Below are positions 8,010-14,336 of a stretch of 14,336 bases of DNA, in pieces. The stretch lies in the UHGV virus genome UHGV-1706348; one strand, 5' to 3'. Both the position numbers and the translations under genes were made by a program. Positions within the stretch are counted from its first letter, which is position 1, and every line of letters begins with the position of its first letter. Source of the DNA: a virus. The notes below the pieces were generated by a model. That model saw only the letters and a list, made by a program, of their open reading frames with translations, was not told the DNA's origin and searched no databases.

Positions 8010-8290
8010 TACTGTTTCCCCCTGCCCTTAAAGCGGCGCTGAATGGCAATCTCAATCACCTGATAACCGGCGATACCCAGCATGGAGCCGATGCCGCACA
8101 CCGCAGGCAGTGACAGGTCAGGAAACTGCACCAGAACAACACCGGCAACCATCGAGACAAAACCACCGAGCAACATGCGCCCGATAAACAGACGCGGGGT
8201 GATGGGTTCACCACCGGCAAGCACCTTGCCGACAACAATCAGCACCCCAATCATGAAAAGCGACAGGACGCTTTTTTCTTCTGCTGTCAT
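8009..8290 (-). CDS. Y: Holin (P2 gpY-like), 93 aa
   Basis: Small protein with hydrophobic TM segments and a charged C-terminus (RRFKGRGKQ), immediately upstream of the endolysin. Confidence 0.8.
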   Translation of the reverse strand: MTAEEKSVLSLFMIGVLIVVGKVLAGGEPITPRLFIGRMLLGGFVSMVAGVVLVQFPDLSLPAVCGIGSMLGIAGYQVIEIAIQRRFKGRGKQ

Positions 8291-8293
8291 GCG

Positions 8294-8497
8294 TTACTCC
8301 CACAGATTGACAGTTTCAGCCACGGGCGCGGTCTGAACGTCGGGCAGTTCGACGGCGGTGCCGTGTGGCAGCACCGCACCCAGTTCAGCCAGTCCCGGAT
8401 TTGCGGCGAGCACGGTCTCAACCACGCCCTCAGTGCGCCCGTAATACCGGACACAGATGGCGTCGAGCGTGTCGCCCTGTAGCGCAAAGGTCTTCAT
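8294..8497 (-). CDS. X: Tail protein X (P2 gpX-like, LysM-like), 67 aa
   Basis: I place the start at the internal ATG (MKTFALQGDTLDAICVRYYGRTEGVVETVLAANPGLAELGAVLPHGTAVELPDVQTAPVAETVNLWE), not at the 90-aa track ORF, because this gives the 67 aa I recall for P2 X and a 1-nt stop/start overlap with L (TGATG). Confidence 0.72.
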   Translation of the reverse strand: MKTFALQGDTLDAICVRYYGRTEGVVETVLAANPGLAELGAVLPHGTAVELPDVQTAPVAETVNLWE

Positions 8498-9006
8498 CAG
8501 ATTTGACTCACGATGCAGCGCGGCTTGTCCTGGATACGCGCCACCGCCCAGCGCATATCCCGCCACAGCTCATCAATAGTGCTGTCAATGCTGTCGGCCT
8601 TCTTGTCGCCTTTCGCACTGGCATCCACGCCGCGATAACGCTCATAAAGCGACGCGGTCGCCATCGCACACACGGCGCGCTCGTAGTAAAAAACCTTGAT
8701 GCTTTCACCGTCGATATCGTCCGCCGGGACGTCAGCCAGACGCGTAAAACCGGCGGCAATTTTCTGTTCGCGGTACTCGTACAGCTCCGCATTCGTCTCC
8801 GCCATGCCTGACTTGATGGCCTCACGCAGACGGGCGGGGGCGACGGTCTGCTCAAGGCGCATACGTTCCCGGACGCGCTTCGGGTCGATATCGGGAAAAA
8901 AGAACGTGTTTTTAATCACCGGCTCGTCGCCTGCCGGTTGCGGGATGACCACCGTACCCTCACCGGACACGGGAGCCTCCTTTCGCGGAATAATCAGCGT
9001 CATCAT
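8497..9006 (-). CDS. L: Head completion / stabilisation protein L (P2 gpL-like), ~169-170 aa
   Basis: Start placed at the ATGATG at 9006/9003 (MMTLIIPRKEAPVSGEG...), preceded by GAGG; the 189-aa track ORF extends upstream into untranslated spacer. Confidence 0.8.
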   Translation of the reverse strand: MMTLIIPRKEAPVSGEGTVVIPQPAGDEPVIKNTFFFPDIDPKRVRERMRLEQTVAPARLREAIKSGMAETNAELYEYREQKIAAGFTRLADVPADDIDGESIKVFYYERAVCAMATASLYERYRGVDASAKGDKKADSIDSTIDELWRDMRWAVARIQDKPRCIVSQI

Positions 9007-9105
9007 GACTACCTCAGAAAAGTCGGGCGGTGGACGCCGGTACAGTGTCAGGTGATTCACCCACACTGACCGGCGTGCCGCCCTGGCGCGGGGCGCATTC
9101 GGTTG

Positions 9106-9849
9106 TTAACTGGCTTTCTTTTTCGGGCGTCCACGTTTTGCCGGTGTCGCACTCCGGGTCTTACGCGGGGCACGGGTGGCCGCTTTGGGCTGCGGCTCCG
9201 GCTTCGGTTTCAGCTCCCGCTCCAGTCGTTCAATCTCTTTTTTGACGCCTGCCTGACAGTCGAGCTGTGTCGCACGTTGCAGGTGCGCCAGCGCACCGGC
9301 GGCATCACCAGCGTCACGCAGAAACAGACCGGTGATTTTGTGCAGCTTTGCGCGCACTTCATCAGGCATGTCAGCCGTGGCGGTCAGTTCAAGGGTGTCC
9401 GTCAGCAGGCGGGGATTCACAGACTCACCGGCAGCGTGAGCGCGCATGGCCGCAAGCGCCACCTCCTCGGTGAACATGTACGGCGGGGTGCGGCGGTGTT
9501 TACCCGGCATGGTCAGACCGTACTTCAGGGCATAACGGGCAATCTCCAGCGCACCGGCAATATCGCCGGTATCCAGACGCCACAGCATGACCGTCATCAG
9601 AATGTCATCCTGTGCACCTTTGCCCTGCTCCAGCACGCCGTTCACCCACGGCAACCAGAACGGCAGCAGTTCGCGTTTTTTCGCGGCCTTCAGCTCTTTT
9701 GAATAAATCGCTTTCAGTGTGCGCTGGTCTGCGGCGAGCTTAACCAGCATCTGCTCATAGACAGTTGCATGTCGCAGCGGGGCGGCTTCCCGCTGCGCGG
9801 TCATCGCTGCCGAGACCCGCATCATGTGGCGCTGTGCGGGACTCGTCAT
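9106..9849 (-). CDS. M: Terminase endonuclease (small) subunit M (P2 gpM-like), 247 aa
   Basis: Complete ORF of P2 gpM size, with a basic Lys/Arg/Pro-rich C-terminal tail (...KPKPEPQPKAATRAPRKTRSATPAKRGRPKKKAS), located right after the capsid gene. Confidence 0.85.
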   Translation of the reverse strand: MTSPAQRHMMRVSAAMTAQREAAPLRHATVYEQMLVKLAADQRTLKAIYSKELKAAKKRELLPFWLPWVNGVLEQGKGAQDDILMTVMLWRLDTGDIAGALEIARYALKYGLTMPGKHRRTPPYMFTEEVALAAMRAHAAGESVNPRLLTDTLELTATADMPDEVRAKLHKITGLFLRDAGDAAGALAHLQRATQLDCQAGVKKEIERLERELKPKPEPQPKAATRAPRKTRSATPAKRGRPKKKAS

Positions 9850-9852
9850 CGG

Positions 9853-10926
9853 TTACGCTCCCGGCTCTGCGGTCGCCCTGGCCGGTGTGGAGAAATCACC
9901 GACCTTAATTTTTTCCACCAGGCAACCGGCGGCGTAGTCTTCCACCACGTAATCAATATTCATTGACTCGTAGTTCTCCACGCGGTCGAGTTTCGGGTTT
10001 TCCTCAATCACGCGGCGATGGCTGTCATCCATGTAGTAGATGGACAGGTTTTCCAGCTTCGTGATGAGCATCGCATCCGCCGGGAAGTACGGGACGCGTA
10101 CCGCTGGCAGGTTGCCGATGCGTTTCTGGCTGATGATGACGTCAGCGGCCAGCATCTCGCTGTTGTCCTGCTCCTTGTTGACGATGGGGAAATACTTGTC
10201 CGCCAGTAGCTGACGCCCCACAATCACCACAAGGTCAGGGTCTTCCTGATACCACGGTTCAATCAGGTTGTTGGTCGCATCCATCACCAGTGCATCAAGG
10301 CTGGCATAATCACCGCCCTTACCCACGCGGATAACCTCAGAGGTGGTGCGGCCTTCCTCGTCAGTGACCTTGCTCATCACGCGCGCCGGGGCTTCATTGC
10401 GGTATTTCTGCAGCCAGCCGACCGCCACATCCTGCAACATCGGATTGCTGCTGCGGTCAGAGGTTTCGGCACGCTTCACGCCGTTAAAACCGGCCATGAT
10501 GAAATCAAGGGACTGGCGTTTGATAATGGCGTTACGGATACGGAGCTGGAAATCCTGATAACGCGCCCACAGGTCCAGCGTTTTGTAGCGGATATAAAAA
10601 TCGAAGTTAATCTGGTCGCATTCGTACTTGTTTGACGCCAGCTTCGAGAAGTCCTTCGGCTGACGTTCGGTGCCACCGGCGGTGTCGGTGGTGCTGGCGA
10701 TGGAGCCGGTGACACCGATGCCAATTTTTTCCCCTTTCATTTCGCTGACCGGCACAATGTTGATGCGGGTCAGAAAGTCAGAGGACTCCTGCATGGTGTT
10801 CATCAGGGTCTGGGTGACCGACGGTTCAACGGTGAATTTTTTCGACACATCACCGGCGTCGATGCCGTTCAGTTCGGCAACACGGGACAGATAGGCATTA
10901 AATTTAAAACGGGTTTCCTGGCGCAT
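9853..10926 (-). CDS. N: Major capsid protein N (P2 gpN-like), 357 aa
   Basis: Complete ORF of P2 gpN size, between scaffold and small terminase; AGGA Shine-Dalgarno 6 nt upstream of the ATG. Confidence 0.9.
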   Translation of the reverse strand: MRQETRFKFNAYLSRVAELNGIDAGDVSKKFTVEPSVTQTLMNTMQESSDFLTRINIVPVSEMKGEKIGIGVTGSIASTTDTAGGTERQPKDFSKLASNKYECDQINFDFYIRYKTLDLWARYQDFQLRIRNAIIKRQSLDFIMAGFNGVKRAETSDRSSNPMLQDVAVGWLQKYRNEAPARVMSKVTDEEGRTTSEVIRVGKGGDYASLDALVMDATNNLIEPWYQEDPDLVVIVGRQLLADKYFPIVNKEQDNSEMLAADVIISQKRIGNLPAVRVPYFPADAMLITKLENLSIYYMDDSHRRVIEENPKLDRVENYESMNIDYVVEDYAAGCLVEKIKVGDFSTPARATAEPGA

Positions 10927-10984
10927 ATTTGTTCCTGAAATTAAGGGTTAATCGTGAAGGTTTTCCCGGACTGACTGACGCCGG

Positions 10985-11839
10985 TCAGCAGTTCGTCATC
11001 AGGGCGTCTCCGCCACCGCCGGTGGCCTTGCTGCGGCGCTGCTGGGTCAGACTTTCGGTGTGGTCGAGACTGTTTTTCAGGCGGGTGAATGCCTGGCTGG
11101 TTTCATCCGCCCTGTCAGTCACATCCTGCTTAAGTGCGGAAAAGGCGGTTTCCATCTCAGCGAGGCGCTGCTCAGTGGCGCTCAGTTTTTCCTGCACATG
11201 TTCAGCAACAGCGGTCACCGCTTCATGCACATCATTCAGACGGGCGTCATCACTGGCCTGTTTGCGACCAAAAATGGATTTCACCTTTTCGGTCAGGGCG
11301 GTGAACACGGTTTCAGGCAGGTCTTCAAATTCCAGCTCAACGGGCGTTGCCACTGAAATCAGGTTTTCAGGGCTTAATTTGAAGCGGTTCAGGGGGTTGT
11401 GTTTTGCCTTGCGGCAGAATTCCAGGTATTCCGTGCCGAGGCTCGCCGGGTCGTCGGTGACGGCCAGACCCACCAGATAACATTTGCCGGTATTGGCAAA
11501 GTTCGGCTGAATTTCCATTGAGGTGTAGACCTTCTGCGCGGCCTTGTTCATCGCGATAAGGTCATCGGTCGGGGTGATTTTCGCAAACAGCGCCCATTTG
11601 CCTTTCAGCGCCGAATCGTCGTCAATCTTTTCGGCCTTCAGTTCGACCACATCGCCATAACGTTTAAAAATACCGTCAGGCAGGATGCCGCGCAGATGTT
11701 CCAGGTTAATGCGGCAACCATAGACACGCGGGTCAAAGGTTTCGGCCATTTCCTGAATATCCTGCGCACTGATGACACGCCCGTCACAGGTGTCACCCTC
11801 AACGCCGATACGAAAGAATTTTGAGACTTTTTTTGCCAT
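10985..11839 (-). CDS. O: Capsid scaffolding protein O (P2 gpO-like), 284 aa plus initiator Met
   Basis: Start placed at the internal ATG giving MAKKVSKFFRIGVEGDTCDGRVISAQDIQEMAETFDPRV..., not the 306-aa track ORF; C-terminal half is helical and charged (...SATEQRLAEMETAFSALKQDVTDRADETSQAFTRLKNS...). Confidence 0.85.
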   Translation of the reverse strand: MAKKVSKFFRIGVEGDTCDGRVISAQDIQEMAETFDPRVYGCRINLEHLRGILPDGIFKRYGDVVELKAEKIDDDSALKGKWALFAKITPTDDLIAMNKAAQKVYTSMEIQPNFANTGKCYLVGLAVTDDPASLGTEYLEFCRKAKHNPLNRFKLSPENLISVATPVELEFEDLPETVFTALTEKVKSIFGRKQASDDARLNDVHEAVTAVAEHVQEKLSATEQRLAEMETAFSALKQDVTDRADETSQAFTRLKNSLDHTESLTQQRRSKATGGGGDALMTNC

Positions 11840-12012
11840 TGTCAGGAGTCCTGAATAGTGATTAGAGGAGTCACATGTCGGCATCAGTTTCCCGACGATG
11901 CGCATCCTCCGCCATCAGTCCCGGATGGCTTATCACTGACACAACAGCACCTTAGCGAATCGCGGGGCGCGACTCAGTAGCCTTGCCGTGTATTCATCAC
12001 GGCGAGGTATTC
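11840..12012. promoter_or_regulatory. Divergent intergenic region between O (-) and P (+); expected site of the two divergent late promoters of a P2-like phage
   Basis: 173-bp non-coding gap between divergent operons. P2 has Ogr-dependent late promoters here with a TGT-N12-ACA element near -55; I find no perfect copy, only TGG-N12-ACA at 11926-11943. A 6-bp inverted repeat GCCGTG-tattcat-CACGGC (11985-12003) abuts the P Shine-Dalgarno (GAGG 12004-12007). Confidence 0.45.
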
Positions 12013-13785
12013 ATGACCATCACCACAGACACCACTCTTTTACACGACCCGCGTCGTCAGGCGGCGCTGCTGTACTGGCAGGGGTTTTCCGTGCCGCAGA
12101 TTGCCGCCATGTTGCAGATGAAACGTCCGACGGTGCAGAGCTGGAAACAGCGCGACGGCTGGGACAGTGTTGCCCCCATCAGCCGTGTCGAAATGAGCCT
12201 GGAAGCGCGGCTGACCCAGCTCATCATCAAACCGCAGAAAACCGGCGGTGACTTCAAGGAAATTGACCTGCTGGGACGCCAGATTGAACGACTGGCACGG
12301 GTCAACCGCTACAGCCAGACCGGCAACGAGGCAGACCTTAATCCGAACGTCGCTAACCGCAACAAAGGCGGGCGGCGCAAACCGAAAAAGAATTTTTTCA
12401 GTGACGAGGCCATCGAAAAGCTGGAGCAGATTTTCTTTGAGCAGTCTTTCGAATATCAGTTGCACTGGTATCGCGCCGGGCTTGAGCACCGCATCCGCGA
12501 TATCCTGAAATCCCGCCAGATTGGCGCGACGTTTTATTTTTCCCGCGAGGCGCTGCTGCGTGCCCTGAAAACCGGTCATAACCAGATTTTTCTGTCGGCC
12601 AGTAAAACGCAGGCGTATGTGTTCCGCGAATACATCATCGCCTTTGCCCGTCTGGTTGACGTTGACCTGACCGGTGACCCGATTGTCCTGGGCAATAACG
12701 GCGCAAAACTGATTTTTCTCGGCACCAACTCCAACACCGCGCAGAGCCATAACGGCGACCTGTACGTCGACGAGATTTTCTGGATCCCGAATTTTCAGGT
12801 ACTGCGTAAGGTGGCATCAGGTATGGCCTCACAGAGTCACCTGCGCTCGACCTATTTCTCCACCCCGTCCACGCTGGCGCACGACGCCTACCCGTTCTGG
12901 TCAGGTGAACTGTTCAACCGGGGACGCGCCAGCGCCGCCGAACGCGTGGAAATCGACGTCAGTCATAACGCCCTTGCCGGTGGGCTTCTCTGTGCGGACG
13001 GCCAGTGGCGGCAGATTGTCACCATTGAGGACGCCCTGAAAGGTGGCTGCACGCTGTTCGACATTGAGCAGCTCAAACGTGAAAACAGCGCCGACGATTT
13101 TAAAAACCTGTTCATGTGTGAATTTGTTGACGACAAGGCGTCAGTGTTCCCGTTCGAGGAGCTGCAACGCTGCATGGTCGACACGCTGGAAGAATGGGAA
13201 GACTATGCGCCGTTTGCCGCGAATCCGTTCGGCTCCCGCCCGGTATGGATTGGTTACGACCCGTCACACCGTGGCGACAGTGCCGGATGCGTGGTGCTGG
13301 CACCGCCGGTGGTGGCCGGTGGCAAATTCAGAATACTTGAGCGTCACCAGTGGAAAGGCATGGACTTTGCCACTCAGGCGGAATCCATCCGCAAACTCAC
13401 CGAAAAATACAACGTCGAATACATCGGTATTGATGCCACCGGCCTCGGTGTCGGCGTGTTCCAGCTCGTGCGCTCGTTCTATCCCGCCGCGCGCGATATC
13501 CGCTACACACCGGAAATGAAAACCGCAATGGTGCTCAAGGCAAAAGACGTTATCCGCCGTGGCTGTCTGGAATATGACGTCAGCGCCACCGACATCACCA
13601 GCTCGTTTATGGCTATCCGCAAGACCATGACCAGCAGCGGACGCAGCGCCACCTATGAGGCCAGCCGCAGCGAGGAAGCCAGCCACGCCGACCTCGCCTG
13701 GGCGACCATGCACGCCCTGTTAAATGAGCCACTCACCGCCGGTATCAGCACCCCGCTGACATCCACCATTCTGGAGTTTTACTGA
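12013..13785 (+). CDS. P: Terminase ATPase (large) subunit P (P2 gpP-like), 590 aa
   Basis: Start placed at ATG 12013 (MTITTDTTLLHDPRRQAALLYWQGF...) with GAGG upstream, not the TTG-initiated 600-aa track ORF. Stop TGA (13783-13785) overlaps the Q ATG by 1 nt. Confidence 0.9.
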   Translation: MTITTDTTLLHDPRRQAALLYWQGFSVPQIAAMLQMKRPTVQSWKQRDGWDSVAPISRVEMSLEARLTQLIIKPQKTGGDFKEIDLLGRQIERLARVNRYSQTGNEADLNPNVANRNKGGRRKPKKNFFSDEAIEKLEQIFFEQSFEYQLHWYRAGLEHRIRDILKSRQIGATFYFSREALLRALKTGHNQIFLSASKTQAYVFREYIIAFARLVDVDLTGDPIVLGNNGAKLIFLGTNSNTAQSHNGDLYVDEIFWIPNFQVLRKVASGMASQSHLRSTYFSTPSTLAHDAYPFWSGELFNRGRASAAERVEIDVSHNALAGGLLCADGQWRQIVTIEDALKGGCTLFDIEQLKRENSADDFKNLFMCEFVDDKASVFPFEELQRCMVDTLEEWEDYAPFAANPFGSRPVWIGYDPSHRGDSAGCVVLAPPVVAGGKFRILERHQWKGMDFATQAESIRKLTEKYNVEYIGIDATGLGVGVFQLVRSFYPAARDIRYTPEMKTAMVLKAKDVIRRGCLEYDVSATDITSSFMAIRKTMTSSGRSATYEASRSEEASHADLAWATMHALLNEPLTAGISTPLTSTILEFY

Positions 13786-14291
13786 TGAGTAAGAAAAAAG
13801 GGAAAACACCGCAACCTGCGGCAAAAAAAATGACCGCCAGCGCCCCGAAAATGGAGGCATTCACCTTTGGTGAGCCGGTGCCGGTACTCGACCGCCGTGA
13901 CATTCTGGATTACGTCGAGTGCATCAGTAACGGCAGATGGTATGAGCCGCCGGTCAGCTTTACCGGTCTGGCGAAAAGCCTGCGTGCTGCCGTGCATCAC
14001 AGCTCGCCGATTTACGTCAAACGCAATATTCTGGCCTCGACATTTATCCCGCATCCGTGGCTTTCCCAGCAGGATTTCAGCCGCTTTGTGCTTGATTTTC
14101 TGGTGTTCGGTAATGCGTTTCTGGAAAAGCGTTACAGCACCACCGGTAAGGTCATCAGACTGGAAACCTCACCGGCAAAATATACCCGCCGTGGCGTGGA
14201 GGAGGATGTTTACTGGTGGGTGCCGTCCTTCAACGAGCCGACAGCCTTCGCGCCCGGCTCCGTGTTTCACCTGCTGGAGCCGGATATCAAT
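13785..14291 (+). CDS. Q: Portal protein Q (P2 gpQ-like), 3'-partial (first ~169 aa), truncated by contig end and adapter
   Basis: Translation MSKKKGKTPQPAAKKMTASAPKMEAFTFGEPVPVLDRRDILDYVECISNGRWYEPPVSFTG...; downstream of and coupled to P as in P2. The last residues of the track ORF (LSLIHI-stop) are encoded by adapter, not genome. Confidence 0.85.
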
Positions 14292-14336
14292 CTGTCTCTT
14301 ATACACATCTGACGCTGCCGACGAATAGAGAGGTGT
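14292..14336. other. Library adapter contamination (Nextera i5 side, reverse complement): mosaic end CTGTCTCTTATACACATCT, GACGCTGCCGACGA, 8-nt index ATAGAGAG, GTGT
   Basis: Read directly: 14292-14324 is CTGTCTCTTATACACATCTGACGCTGCCGACGA, the reverse complement of the Nextera read-1 adapter; 14325-14332 (ATAGAGAG) is the reverse complement of CTCTCTAT (i5 index 502 from memory); GTGT begins the P5 tail. Confidence 0.9.

Larger units (their letters stand above)
46..14291. mobile_element. P2-like phage or prophage late region (packaging, head, lysis, tail completion, baseplate, tail fiber); ends not in window
   Basis: Uninterrupted series of ORFs whose translations, order and lengths match the P2 late gene map Q-P / O-N-M-L-X-Y-K-lysA-lysB(lysC)-R-S-V-W-J-I-H-G. 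No integrase, att or cos site in the window. Confidence 0.85.

Noticed and set aside
8498-8566. Longer 90-aa version of the X ORF, and the longer 189-aa L and 306-aa O ORFs
   Set aside because: Internal ATGs give the expected P2-family lengths (X 67, L ~169, O ~284 aa) with tight stop/start coupling or Shine-Dalgarno motifs; the N-terminal extensions overlap upstream genes or spacer.
9103-9702. 199-aa + strand ORF antisense to the small terminase M; similar antisense ORFs at 5270-5794, 7045-7479 and 13264-13713
   Set aside because: All are fully nested in, and antisense to, conserved phage genes in a ~57% GC background where long spurious ORFs are expected.
11983-12012. Upstream TTG extension of P (600-aa track ORF starting MPCIHHGEVF)
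   Set aside because: The extension starts at a non-ATG codon inside the inverted repeat and has no Shine-Dalgarno, whereas ATG 12013 has GAGG upstream and gives the 590-aa length I expect for P2 gpP.
12040-12750. 236-aa ORF on the - strand, antisense to the large terminase gene P
   Set aside because: Lies entirely within and opposite a confidently assigned gene, has a low-complexity Arg/Gly/Val-rich translation typical of GC-rich antisense frames, and has no start context.
46-14291. Search for a novel cargo, defence or toxin system inserted among the phage genes
   Set aside because: Every interval is occupied by a recognisable P2-family core gene in canonical order with P2-like lengths; the largest non-coding gaps are 173, 99, 66 and 58 bp. 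The usual P2 moron hotspots and the integrase/att region lie outside this window.
14292-14336. Terminal sequence as a phage cos site or attachment site
   Set aside because: The terminal bases are library adapters; a real cos site would lie beyond the truncated Q gene, outside the window.

Overview
This window is a contiguous, tightly packed block of bacteriophage P2-like (Peduovirus-type) late genes, almost certainly from an enterobacterial prophage or phage genome. I did not find a previously undescribed system here: every gap between core genes is under about 175 bp and no cargo or moron ORF is inserted. Gene order matches the P2 map read in reverse complement: terminase large subunit P and portal Q (partial) on the + strand, then on the - strand scaffold O, major capsid N, small terminase M, head completion L, tail protein X, holin Y, endolysin K, LysA, nested spanins LysB/LysC, tail completion R and S, baseplate V, W, J, I, tail fiber H and a partial tail fiber assembly gene. 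Protein lengths match what I recall for P2 (e.g. N 357, M 247, J 302, V 211, K 165, P 590 aa), except the tail fiber, which is 872 aa against about 669 aa in P2. The most interesting biology is that tail fiber: a P2 H-like N-terminus is fused to a repeat-bearing shaft and a lambda Stf-like His-x-His tip, followed by a lambda Tfa-like chaperone. This looks like a swapped host-range module. Both ends of the window (1-45 and 14292-14336) are Illumina Nextera adapter and index sequence, not biology, so the two terminal ORFs are artificially terminated. All homology statements rest on reading the translations and on recalled family knowledge; no database search was run.
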